In this document: positions 51,821-64,000 of the stretch, one piece after another
Position numbering within the stretch: position 1 is the first letter of the stretch
Layout: the number at the start of each line of letters is the position of its first letter
NCBI RefSeq assembly: GCF_037042905.1
Contig: NC_087251.1
Coordinates: 15,812,001 to 15,876,000 of the forward strand
Origin: Lytechinus pictus
Lineage: Eukaryota
Length of the DNA: 64,000 nt
Reading direction: 5' to 3'
The notes under the pieces: model-generated
Databases searched by the model: none
Seen by the model: the letters and a program-made list of their open reading frames with translations, nothing else
Told to the model about the DNA's origin: nothing
Made by a program: the position numbers and the translations under genes

Positions 51821-53961
51821 CACTGGCGTATCCAGGGGGGCACAGCCGGCCCGTACCCCCTTTTGAGAAGCGAAATAAAAATTTGTAATGTAAAAATGCC
51901 ATTAAAACAAAAGTGTGCCCCCCCCCTTTGAAAGTGAAAACTTTTTTTCCTTTTTTTTTTGCTTGTCAAATTTTACTACTGCTGCTACTTTTATTATTAT
52001 TAATATTATAATGATAATACAGGCCATCCCCACCTGAAAACAAAATTGGAGGATGTAGGCATGTCCCCCCCTCTCGTGATCGACACCTATGGCTAGAACA
52101 CGGAAATGAAAGGAAAATAGGAATTCCTTTTTATTTCCAAAATCGATGCATTCAAAATTTTCACATTCAAATGAGGCGGGCGCGAAATTCTTTGCTTGAT
52201 TTATTTGAATTATCCCCTTTTCCTCTCTGTCTTGTGCCAAGTTTCTGCACGCCAAAAATATTACCAGCAGAAATAAAGCACTAATTTCTTAATCTTTGTA
52301 AAAATGAATAATTATTGCAGATTTAGTAAACCCGATCATAGAAAAGAGAATTAGCGGCACAAAATTAGGCTGAGAGGAAGCATCCGAAAGCAAAATTATA
52401 CACGGACCCCAAACACCTTTTGGGGCGAAATCCTCTAAATGGAGGATATTTTTCTTTTTTTTCTCATCCCTCTCTTTTTGCGAGGCCCTCAGATACCGCC
52501 CACGACACTAATGCCTGGCCTGGATACGCACTGTGGCACCAATTATCAAATAAAAAAATAAAAATAAAAAATAAAGATGAACACGCGATCCTTGTCATTA
52601 TGAGTTTTACTTGCTTTTGTATGTTGTACATGTTGTAAGGTTACCAGCATTATGGCTCATAAAAACAAAGGCATGATTTTTGTCTTCAGGGAAGGCGAAC
52701 CGAAGTTGAAAGTGGGAGGGGGCGCACAGAGAAGAAAGGGCACCTTTTCTTTCGAAAAGGGCACTATTTTATAACAAAGAAAAGGTGATTTATCTACAGT
52801 GGTGTAATGAGCCAAAAATTTTGAGGGGGCCAGATAATTATGTCGTATCACGTAAAATTTATAAGCAGCGAGCGACCAAAATTTTGATATTTTATTACAA
52901 AAATCAAATTTTGTGATATATTTTGACATAATGTTAAAAAAAAAAATCATTATTTCACCCTTCTCATTTTAAACCTTACAGATGGCCACTAATCTTAATC
53001 AAATTGCGTGTATATTTATAGCTTTCACATAAATTCAATGCAGTTGTGTATATACCGTAATCATCCAAATATTTTGAGGCGGCACACCATAGCAAATGTG
53101 GGAAAATTTGTAAAAAGTCGCCAGCGAGCGAAGCGAGCCAGAAAGAAAAATTGCCTTTTAAAATGAAATTCTAATTATGTGATAGATTTTTACATCATGG
53201 CAAATATCATGTCATATATATATTTTTTTTCATTCATCTCATTTCGCTGCCTCCTTTTTTTTTCTTTTATTTCCCCTTGGCTGTGGAACCACCCCCCATC
53301 CGGTACGCCAGTGTTTCAACACAAAGTTTGATGCAGGAAGGGTCCCCAACTGCACGGGGTCTTGGACAGAGCCCCCGGTAGTTTAGAGATTTAGCAAGTT
53401 TATGATAGACTTTCATACGACATTATGCTACCATCCATCTTTCTTCCCGCTCGTTATCATCGTCAATCCTCGGAAGCCCGCTTGTTTTATCTTGTCCCTT
53501 TTCTTTATTTTCCAATTTAGATTTTGGCTCATTCCATTTTACCTTCATTTCCCGCTTTTGTTTGCCTTTTGGTCATCTTTAATTATTTCCCTGTCTTACT
53601 AATCATGCTAATGTATTTGTATATCGGAGAGAATTGTTCTTTCTCACTTGTTCTCCTTTCCTTCCTTTTCCCGTTTTCTTTTCGTTTTCCCTTTTTATGT
53701 TTTTTTTCCTTAGTTTTCTTTTCCCTTTCCTTTTCCCCTGTCAATTCAATTCTTTATTCCATTCAAAACATAATACAAAATAGTATAAAGTAATACAAAT
53801 CGAGTATAATTTTCCTTTTCCCCATTCCTTTTTTTTTCTTTCCTTTCCCTTTCCCTTTCTGTCTTTCTCCCCCGTTTTTTTTCTTTCCCCGTTTTTTTTA
53901 TTTTCCAGGTGAACTCCGCCAGGGGGGGGGGGCAGCTTGCCCCCCGCCTGTTACGCCACTG
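51821..53961. mobile_element. Cluster of nested or fragmented CAGTGGCG/poly-G MITEs
   Basis: Termini cactggcgta (51821), cagtggtgta (52797), tacgccagtg (~53313) and tacgccactg (53961), with poly-G/poly-C sub-termini. Confidence 0.6.
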
Positions 53962-56900
53962 CATCTGATTGTTGTTGTATCCCCGATATCAAATATTGTT
54001 GGGAATTTCATTGGTCTTTGAGGAGATTTGATTCAGAAGAGAGCTTTGCCTGTCCATCATGATTGTCTTCTAGTGGTAAATATTGCCAAACAGTGTTCCA
54101 GTTAGAATTTTTAAATTAGATATCAACAAGAAGTTTATAACTTCAAATTTCTACAAGCAATGTAGGCCTATTATACAAATCTCTTATTATATGCCACGGG
54201 CAGACTTTGACACCTATACAATAATTATAAATATCTTTGCCAGAAACTGGGACTGAGTCCGATGCTATACGGGTGGACTTCAGAGAATTATATATCAAAA
54301 TGTTGATTTGTTTTTTTGTTTGTTTTTTGCTTGCGCATTGCATTTATTTGATACTAAAAACTTTCAGGTATAATTTATTCTCTCTCTTATTATAAAACCA
54401 CCACATCCAATATTATCCTCATTATTTTATGCATAAAAGTATATGCATAAACATTACAATTTGCCTTACATGAACCCCTGGGTCTGGAGTAGTCTAATTT
54501 TTGGTTTAGGGTCACTTCAGGCATGCAGTATCAACAGAATGATGTCTTATAAAGAAAACAGAGGCGTCTATCAATTTTTCAGATGGGGGGGGGGGGGCAA
54601 AATCATGAATCAACATCCAAAAGGCGCTCGATCACAAAACAAACAAACTCAATTAAACACACACACGCACGCACACATCCCCTACACACCCTCACCCACA
54701 CCCACCCACCCTCCCTCATGCACGACACACACCCACACATTACATAATGACTCATTAGAAAGATACGTGGTCGCATGTCATAAGGTGGTCCAATTTCGCA
54801 AACAGGGTACTGATAAAAAAAAGTTATCTCTTAAAAAAAAAAAATGTTATAGGTATACCATTCTTCAAATAATGAAGGAGAATTTATCCTAATAACCTTG
54901 TATTGATAAAATTGACCGTGCATGCAGCAATCACGGGTTTCTCTTGCTACTTTTTCCAGGCATTTCTTAAAAGCGTGTGTAACGAGGGAGGTCGTGAAGG
55001 TCCTCTTATGAAAACACTGTGAGTATAACCATGTACAAATAACTTGGAAACAACCAAGGAGCTTTTTGAAATGACCATCGTTGTGATGTTATGCACGATA
55101 CACCCCACTTTCTTCAAATCGCGGAGAATAGGTCCTACATCTGGGCAGAGTTGTCCAGGCTAGGACCCATAGAAAATGGACCAAACCTTCTTTTTTTCAT
55201 AATTATATACAATATTTTTTATGGTTTCTTGTCAATTTGAGGGTGCTGATGACAAATTTTGCATTATCGATATACGGATATAGGGCCAATTTTAATATAA
55301 TTATACATGACTGTATCTATTTTTTTCTTTCTCACTTAAAATTTTTGGGGTGCAAGCCCCCGAGTCCCTTATTTTGTTGAGTAATATCATATTCGTGAAT
55401 TTAGAAAGTGCTTAATGTCCAGAATATCAAGAAAAACATTTTGCGCTTGACGCTCGCACAACTGATATTTTGATTTCTACTGACGGAGCTTGTATGCCGG
55501 GCTTGTATGTTTTTTTACTGACCTGAAAAGGGACATTTTCAAAAGGTTACTTCGAATTCGTGATAGTATATCAGTTCAAAGGAAGAATGCGAGTGAAGCA
55601 CGAGCAATTTCATTCTTTTATTATGCTGCCGTGAGTACACAGCAATGAAGCACCGTTTGAATTCTCTATATCCCCATCCTTCAGTTATTTTCCTTATTTT
55701 AATTCCTTTATCATGTTCATGCTCTCTCATCTTCATGGTATAGGGGTAGTGAGCCACAGCGTGGGGACTATCGGCCGATCGAGGCCATTTAGCCGCGGTT
55801 GGGCCGTCCTTTTTTATGCCAATGATCCTTTAAACCTTTTTTTTTAAGATCATGAATCGCCTCCTATTGCCCCCACTTTTTAAGCACTGAAAAAGTGCCC
55901 TTTTTTACCCAGAAAGTGCCCTTTTTATGCAAGGAAAATTCCCCCACACGAACGTGTATACATAACTGTGCTCCTATTGTAGGCCTACCTGAGGAGCCGG
56001 GCCCGCTTTAGGTTGAAGCGGGGGTTGGTTATAGATGAAATGGTAAACCAATCGATCTCCACTTACCGACTTTATGCGTGTAGAGACATCCGACAGACAA
56101 TCCTCCAATTTATTCAAAGTGTTCCAATAATAATTGCACGATCCCAGTATTTGACACAATATGCACAAAATCACACAGATATTATCACAAAAACTATATA
56201 GCACAAGCGGTATTTTGGATTTTTCTCTTGGTGAAATGACGGAGAAAAAATGAGGGTATATAGTACGGAAACTTAAATATGAGATGAGGTAGAAGATACA
56301 ATGGATGAAGTTTGCTTCAAGTGAGATGATGGAAGTCCACAAAAGTAATTTGACGACGTTCTCAAAACACGTGTTTACTAAAGTAGAAAACTTTGAGAAG
56401 TGGGTCAGAAAAGAAAGTAGTGATGTGATGGAGGTTCTAAACAAAGAGAGAGGGGAGAGAGAGATACCAAATACCAATTTAGAGAATTTTTAGTGAGTCA
56501 CAGGTGAGTATGCTGTGCGAGGGTCATTATTGACCACTTCTTGTTGGCATGATTATTGCTAAGGAGTGGAAGTAACTGGTATCCAAGGGTAATGTCCTCT
56601 CGAAGATGATGAGTATATAGAAGGCAAAGTTGAGAAATGAAGAATGAAATTGAGAAAATACTAAAATTCAAGGTGTTGTGCAGTGTGCCCTTTTTCGTAT
56701 AAGTGCCAATTTTTTACAAACAAAAGAGGGACTTACACCCCTACTCGTCTTTGTGTTCTTTCATTAAAAAATGATTTGCTTTGTATTAAATATTTTTAAT
56801 AATTGACATATAATTTATAAATCTAGGGGCTGCGTACTTTTATGAAGTATTGATTCATTTCATGTTTCTTAGCCGCCGAAACTCAATTAATCATAACCAT

Positions 56901-57005
56901 TGGAACTCTGCATCAAAACATGCAATAGGCCTACAGTTAAAATTTTGGGAAGATTTTGACGGCACCTTAATTAGACAGTAATTTTGAGTCGATCATTATT
57001 TTGAA

Positions 57006-57378
57006 TCCCCCCCGGGGGGGGGGGGGGGTTCTCACGAAATAAGGCATATCGGGGATGTGCCGCTGGAATGGGTCGCTAAGTTTTGGAAGAAATCCCTAAG
57101 CATGGGGTAGCCTTTTTTATGTTGGAAAATCCGTAAACATGGCCCCAATTTTTAGATACTGGCCTTAAACATGGGTCCGATGGCCCTAATTTCTAGACAC
57201 TGGCCTCAGCATGGGTCCATAATTTGGGGTGATAACCTTATTTTTTCTTGTCAAATTTTAATAAATCCTTAATGGGTACCTTTTTAGCCCAAATGACCCG
57301 TAAATATGGGTATGGGAACCTTCAGCCGCACAACCCCTTCCGAACCAAAATTAAGTACCCCCCCCCCGGGGGGGGGTG
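57006..57378. mobile_element. MITE with CCCGGG/poly-G termini
   Basis: cccccccgggggggg..ttct ... aagtacccccccccggggggg; similar termini at 43696 and 49238. Confidence 0.6.
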
Positions 57379-57619
57379 AAACTAAGAATGTTTATTGTTT
57401 AAGATTAAACCGCTAATTTCGGTATAGTTTATAATTGTCCCATACACGCTTTTAAAAGAACTGTCGACATGGTTGATTTGTTAATGAGCCAATTATATTG
57501 AAAATGCGTTCTTCTTCTCTTAAGTTGCTATACATTCGAATAACTGAAATGAATCCCTATCGAATAATGACTAGAACAATAGCTTTTTGAATAATCTGAA
57601 TTAAGTAAATTTATACAAA

Positions 57620-58044
57620 AAATCTATCTGACGTAAAAGACGCCACGCGAGGACCGTGTCAAACATGCAATGCAAAAAAGCTAGGTGCATTCCCGCGCAT
57701 GGATATGTCGCAGTGCGGCTCAGTAAAGCGGTCCATTGAAAGACGGTAAAGGAAAAGACTGGGCTAATGATTTGATTTGAGCTAGCTGCATGAGGCATAC
57801 GGCAATCAACAAGCGAAATTCCACACACAATCCCTGCATAAAAACACGCATTCCAACTGCATTCTCTCTCGATACACTGTGGCCCCAGACACGTACACGT
57901 GAAATACGATTAATTTTGTGTGTGCGGTGTGTGTGTGACGCGGTTTTGACCATTCAACTGCAGTATCTTTCTCCTCGCCTGCGAACCGGCTACACTCCTA
58001 CAGGTCCTTGTTTTTGCCTCTATCATTAATTTTACGTCAATATA
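57620..58044 (+). promoter_or_regulatory. CpG-rich promoter and 5' UTR of calmodulin
   Basis: CpG-dense sequence with no copy elsewhere in the window, directly before ATG|GTGAGT; CRE-like TGACGTAA 57629-57636 and TTACGTCA 58032-58039; no clear TATA. Confidence 0.55.
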
Positions 58045-61000
58045 ATGGTGAGTATCTCACTTTAATAAAGATGTTTCATTTTTAGTGTGTTGCCTTAATA
58101 TTTCTTGTATTTTCATGTGCTTGTATGTTTGTAGGCCCTATTGATCTGATCCCCGCCCAATTTCTTTTTTCTGCAAAGTCAATTCAAAGAAAAAAGAAAG
58201 GGCAAAGCAAAGGTCAATCGGATTTGGTAGCTTTTTTGTCGAATAGACATGGTATAGACTATAGTATAGATCTAGTAAAAAGTAGTAGACTCTAGTTGAG
58301 CTTGAAGTTGAAGCCTGATCCTGGAAATAAAATGTTCGAGACAAGTCAATGCTCTTGTCTTAACTAGTCTCATTTGTCATGTTGTGGTTAATGCGAGATT
58401 AACGTCGGAGAAGTGTTACTGTATACAAATAATGCATGCAGCCGAGTGCGTTAGTGGAAATGCAGAGCACGCGAGGTTTCTTTAGATAGGAGTCGCACTG
58501 TGCACGAGCCGCTTGCGGCGAGTGCCCAGTGTGCTCCATCTGAAGAAACCGAGCTTTCTCTGCATTTACTTTTACGCACGACAGAGCAAGTGCATTATTT
58601 GTTTTATAAAATAGCAACACAGAAACAATTTTTTAAAAAGTTACAGTACAGTTTTGTTGGACTTCTACCGCACTGGTTTGCTCGAGCGTGCAATGTCAAT
58701 TTTCGTTGCACACCTTTTTGCACTACCGTGCAGTGCACAAAAAAAGTTGGATGTCATGTGACGCGTATTGACCAATCGCGATGCTTGAAATAATACAGCT
58801 ATTTTATAATTAGTGTTAGTGTTACTGTGAGTGGGGTCGGGACAACTCGGACCACGGGACATCTCGGACCGCGGGCCAGGTTGTCTCACCCATTACGAGA
58901 TTTTTTTCCCACAAATTTGCGTCTATTTTTCCGTCATTTCGAAATTTCTTGTAAAGATTTTCTAGAGATATGGTCTGATGGTAATGTTCTTCACTTTCCG
59001 AGTTGTCCCTGATTCCCTGATTCCTGTGAGTGTGAGTGTTACTGTTACTACTTACTAGTGTTAGGATGGGGGGTCGGGTGTCCGGACACTTTATATTTTT
59101 GAAGCTTTCTTTTTTGTCTTTGGATTACACTAAAAATATGAATTCAATAGTTGTAATCATCTTCCATTTTGTTCTCCATAATATTTCCTTACATTTTGTA
59201 CGAAAAATTGATGAAACTTTGCTTGAAAATTTTTCCAAATGACTTTCTGAAATTGATCGTCCAGACACACAACAACTGGGTGATGGTGGGCCCCAAGTCT
59301 GCGCACCAAAATGACCTAACAATTTGAGTTAAGATTTAACATGAATTTCTTATTTCACAAAATCTTTTGGTTGATAGTGTTCCTTATATTATTAAGAGTA
59401 AGTGTACCAAATTTCTCATTAAAAAATGAAAGAAAATATAAGATTTTCTTGAAAAACCTTTGGGCAGTCATTTTCAGATTGAAAAAAAAATGGTACCCCA
59501 TGTCTGTGCACTCATTCACTTTGCACACGATTCTGGGATTTTGATGACAAAGGCTGCATTTTGAGGCCGTCACATGAAATGCCCTGAATTCATTATTTTT
59601 CCACCATTTTGAGTCAGATTTTTTATGAATACCTGTCTATGTAAATGTAATGCATGTGTAAAGTTCGTGCTCGTTGCGTATCTTCTTTTACTAGAATCGC
59701 GCAGATACGCGGGTGCGCAGACTTGGGAGACCGCGCAGACATGGGGGAAATGACCATACTTGTTAGTGTTACCGTAATAATCCGTATTCATGGTCAACTC
59801 TCCGACTCCGAGTGTAATTAAGTTCAATGACATTGAATTGAATTTGAAATATATCACTGACAGTGACACTGTCACTCAGTGTCAGGTACAACAATTACAT
59901 TGAATACTAAAGTAGTATACCCAGTTGTTGTGTGTCCGGACAGGTTGTGTGTCCGGACGATCAATTTTTAAAAAGTCATTTGGAAAAATTTATAAGCGAA
60001 GTTTCATAAATTTTTAGTACAAAATGTTAGGAAATATTATAAAAAACAAAATAGAAGATGATTACAAGTATTGAATTCATATTTTTAGTGTAATCCAAAG
60101 ACAAAAAAGAAGGCTTCAAAAATATAAAGTGTCCGGACACTCGATCCCCCATCCTATAATGGTGGGCCCCAACTTAGTCTGCGCACCTAACAATTTGAGT
60201 TAAGATTTAACATGAATTTCTTCTTATTTCACAAAATCTTTCAGTTAGTAATGTTCCTTATATTATTATGAGTAAGTGTACCAAATTTTTCATCGAAAAA
60301 TGAAAGAAAATAAAGGATTTTTAAATAAAAACCTTGGGCAGTCATTTTCAGATTGAAAAAAAGTGGTAGGCCTACCCCATGTTTGCGCACTCATTCACTT
60401 TGCACACGATTCAGGGATTTTGATGAGAAAGACTGCATGTTGAGGCCTTCACATGAAATGCCCTATATTCATTATTTTTCCACTATTTTGAGTCAAATTT
60501 TTTTATGAATACCTGTCTATGTATTGCATGTGTTAAGTCTGTGTTTGTTGCGTATCTTCTTTTAATAGAATCGCGCAGATACGCGCGAGTTCGCAGACAA
60601 GGGGGACTGCGCAGACTTGGGGGAACTTGCCATAGATAGATCTACATCACATACGGTACAGATCTAGAATCTATGATGATGGGCCCCAAGTCTGCGCACC
60701 TAACAATTTGAGTTAAGATTGAACATGAATTTCTTCTTATTTCAAAAAATCTTTCAGTTAATGTTCCTTACATTATTTTGATTAGGGCCTAAGTGTACCA
60801 AATTTCTCATTAAAAAAATGAAAGGAAATATACGATTTTCTTGAAAAAACATCCGGCTGTCATTTTCAGATTGAAAAAAAGTGGTAGGCCTACCCCATGT
60901 CTGCGCACTCATTCACTTTGCACACAATTCAGGGATTTTGATGAGAAAGGCTGCATTTTGAGGCCGTCACACGAAATGCCCTAAATTCATTATTTTTCCA

Positions 61001-63574
61001 TCATTTTGAGTTGGATTTTTTAATGAATACCTGTCTATGTATTGCATGTGTAATGTTCGTGCTCGTTTCGTATCTTCTTTTACTAGAATCGCGCAGATTC
61101 GCGTGTGCGCAGACAAGGGGGACTTGACATATATCTAAACAAAACATTTGGTCATTGGTACCGGTAATTGGAGCTAATTAATAGCAAGAGACGCTAATTA
61201 CTTATCGAGGTTAGCCCCACTTGCTCACTGCAACATCCTGCCTGTGGGGAATCTACAGCCACTCATTCAATGAACAAAGTTATAACCTTGTTCTCTGTTA
61301 TATCTCCATGTGTGGCAAAATAAGGTGGCAATGTTTGGCTTATTTTCTCTTTTTCTTTGGGACAAAATGCCCGGTTTTTTACACTGACAGTTTCCATTAC
61401 ACCTATTCATCATACAACTTGGCTCTTAAGTAAATTTGATTCTTTAAATTATTTTTTTCTTACCCGGTAATTAAAAATAGAGATTGAAAAATTAAAATTT
61501 TCTTGCCATATTACTTTCCACCAATAGAGGGCGTACACAAAAATATGCCCAAAATTCAAGTTTTTGAGCGCTCTGGTGAATACAAAAATTATTCCCAAGT
61601 TACTAAGGAAAAATAAATTGCAACTGTATGGAAAGTAGTAATTTTGGTCACAAAAGTGATATTTTAATGATTTTTTAAAGTGTGTGCTCTGTACAGCATT
61701 GGCATACCATAGTCCTACCTGTAGATTCCCCACAGGCAGGATGGTTGCAGTGAGCTACAGCACAGGTAGGACTAGCCTTGAGGACTCCATGATGATATTT
61801 TTAAATATTTTGACAAATACTTCTTCATCATGGAGCCTTGAACCGCCTTCCATATATGTATAAGAGACACATCAAAACAAAGATGGATTTCCTAGGGAAA
61901 TCCATCTTTTTTTACACCTTCATATGCCTAATACATAGATGAAGGTTAAAAAAATTGGTTAATAAAAAGGTGAAAAATTGAAGGTTTCTTACCAGACGAT
62001 CTCGTGTAGATCCCTCGATCCGTTTGTCAACAAAGCAAATACAATAGGTCTGACCCTTGAACCACTTTGTTATGACGTACCTTCGATTAGCGATGTTACA
62101 AAATGCAGTTTTGAAGAAAAATCTATAGATAAAAATTATTAATTAACAAATAATAAAATTTAATACGTGATTATGAATAATTATTATAATGTTGCAAGGG
62201 GAACTATGCAGACTTGGGGGAACTTGCATACATCAAATTCAGTAGTCCAATGTTTTTAAAAAATTATTTATTTACCACTTGTGGGATGGAACACTCTATC
62301 AGCAAATGCTGATTTCGTAGGGGTCCATACACACAAAAATAAAAAGTACAATAAACAATCAAACATAGTACTGACAAAAGCACAAAATCATGACATAAAT
62401 CATAAAAAATACAATATTGGTAAAAGAAACAAGATACAATATGATAATAAAAGCAAAATGTAATTAAAAGCAATAGGGGGACTAAAAGAAAACTGAAAAA
62501 ATGTAAACAATAAAGAGAAATAACTTACAGATATAACCTAAACTCAAGCAGGGCCTAAGGGATTGATTGAGGGGGGAATGATGCAGGTGTTGCTAACAAC
62601 AATAATCAGGATGAGGGGGGATGAGCATGTTTTAAGATTTGTTAATATAAAGTGATACAAGGGGGAATTTTCTTTTCCAATAGAGTTCCATATTTGGTCA
62701 CCTCGGTAGACAAATCATCTTACCATAATTCGTCTTTGGATGCGTTTACCATAATTACTGATGCAGCCAATTGCGATCATTTACATTTAAACTATTTACA
62801 GGAAAGAAATATCTTAATTATTCACAAAAATCTTTATACAGAAATATTTGTTATAATTCAGGCAGTATTTACCATACCAAATTAAATATAATCTTCCAGT
62901 AGCATTAGTTTTAATGATTTTCTAAATATCTTGTGACTGGGGGTGTTTCTAATATTACTTGGCAGATTCATAAAGTAGGACCAGAAAATGAAATTTTCCC
63001 AAATTGGTGTTATTTTGGGCAAGATTCACATTTCGCCTTTCTGTTTCTTGTATTGTAAGGATGGTTCTATGAATGAAAAATAATAAAAGTAGACCCTATG
63101 CGGCAACCGATTATTAATTAAATTGTGCATAAATACTCTTCTATAAAAAATTGGTATTGTTTTGAAAATAAATTTGTTATTTGTTATCGGATTTTGATCA
63201 AATTTTCACCTTTTGCTCTGAATTTTACTCTATTTATTGGGATATAAATATCTCCAGTCTGGACCATCCCTTTAAACTGTTATTGCATATAAGTTACACA
63301 TTTGCTATTACAAGTTTTATGAACGAGGGGCCCCTATTCATGCATGGATGATCACCATCTAAAATATTTCTATAAACGGTGCCCATTTTACTGTCAATTT
63401 TTTTTTTACTTATAAATTGATAAGTAAATTCATAAATTGTCAAATTATGAGATCTTTGAACTAAAGATACTATTTATTTGTTAGTGCAAATACTGTATTT
63501 CTACTTCATTAATGTTTGTTTCTTTAATTTTTTTTTCGTACAGGCTGATCAACTCACTGAAGAGCAAATTGCAG
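58045..63574 (+). CDS. CALM: Calmodulin, first two coding exons (partial; gene continues beyond the window)
   Basis: Exon 2 (63544-63574) follows a T tract and cag, and reads GCT GAT CAA CTC ACT GAA GAG CAA ATT GCA G|gt = ADQLTEEQIA(E), the canonical 31-nt calmodulin exon. ATG-only first coding exon ATG|GTGAGT at 58045-58047 fits the known calmodulin gene layout; exon 1 is less certain than exon 2. Confidence 0.88.
59062..60156. mobile_element. Palindromic MITE (~220-bp arms) containing a nested second MITE
   Basis: TAGGATGGGGGGTCGGGTGTCCGGACACTTTATATTTTTGAAGC ... GCTTCAAAAATATAAAGTGTCCGGACACTCGATCCCCCATCCTA. Confidence 0.8.
59281..61128 (+). repeat. Three direct copies of a ~460-bp MITE
   Basis: Copies at ~59281-59750, 60158-60630 and 60676-61128, each running gggccccaa(g)tctgcgca ... 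gcgcagac(t/a)(t/a)ggg. Confidence 0.85.
61223..61755. mobile_element. MITE with ~35-bp TIR
   Basis: GCTCACTGCAACATCCTGCCTGTGGGGAATCTACAG ... CTGTAGATTCCCCACAGGCAGGATGGTTGCAGTGAGC; an inverted partial copy starts at ~47866. Confidence 0.75.
62264..63125 (-). mobile_element. Two adjacent LINE (L2/CR1-group) 3' fragments
   Basis: Minus-strand relics HPYNTRN, ISFSGPTL..NLPSNIR..FRKSLKLML and FVYRGDQIWNSI, typical of ORF2 C-termini, followed by AT-rich 3' UTR. Confidence 0.6.
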
Positions 63575-64000
63575 GTGAATTTTTTTAAATTTAAAGTAGA
63601 GAAAACATGTTTCATTATCCTTTTAAATGAAGTTATTCTGAAGTGTCCTATGGAACTACACTTCAATACAAATTACCTAAGATAAGAGTATGAAAATGTG
63701 CTATCATATTTTGTTAGGAATTGTTGAACTTGGATTGGTAATTGTGGTGACACAAGGCATTTGTTAGGCAAATATAATGAAGTTGCTGTAAAGTTCTATT
63801 TGAATTATATTTTGTCTTCAATGCCTTGTGTAGCCTCCATTCCCATTTACATGTGATTTTTGTTGCATGACACTGCAGATTTCATTTACTTTTCGCAGCA
63901 GACTGTAGACTATTGATATTTAGTTATTCTTATTTTGTGTGAAACTTTGTGAATGAATTAGTATAAGTGATAGTCAACAAGATGTAGAAATTGGTGATAG

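Noticed and set aside
53990..54153. Possible minus-strand exon with short ORF MMDRQSSLLNQ
   Set aside because: Stops after 23 codons, has no recognisable homology and no clear donor; it could only be UTR.
55974..56477. 167-aa minus-strand ORF
   Set aside because: No recognisable domain and a non-ATG start; more plausibly promoter or UTR sequence.

Overview
AT-rich, repeat-dense animal genomic DNA. The SINE/MITE repertoire looks echinoid (sea-urchin-like), which is an inference. I assembled three spliced genes by hand from GT-AG boundaries with consistent phases; the ORF track mostly misses them. (1) A complete 11-exon, 423-aa M14A pre-pro-carboxypeptidase (minus, 1870-12172) with all catalytic residues but an unusual Glu at specificity position 255, behind a compact TATA/CRE/CCAAT/GATA promoter. 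(2) A complete 9-coding-exon, 378-aa protein (minus, 19575-41707) that I recognise as an orthologue of MAJIN, the meiotic telomere-to-nuclear-envelope linker of the TERB1-TERB2-MAJIN complex; its C-terminal anchor reads as an amphipathic helix rather than a transmembrane segment. (3) The first two exons of calmodulin (plus, 58045-63574, running off the window), divergent from MAJIN. The rest is layered transposon debris: Tc1/mariner, hAT, Harbinger-like, IS3EU-like and foldback MITEs, Helentron/HINE-like elements, Sola2 transposase fossils, a BEL/Pao gag fossil, tRNA-derived SINEs and LINE 3' ends. I found no CRISPR array or prokaryotic system, and no clearly new system; the best leads are MAJIN and the carboxypeptidase pocket. 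Family assignments come from remembered motifs, not database searches.
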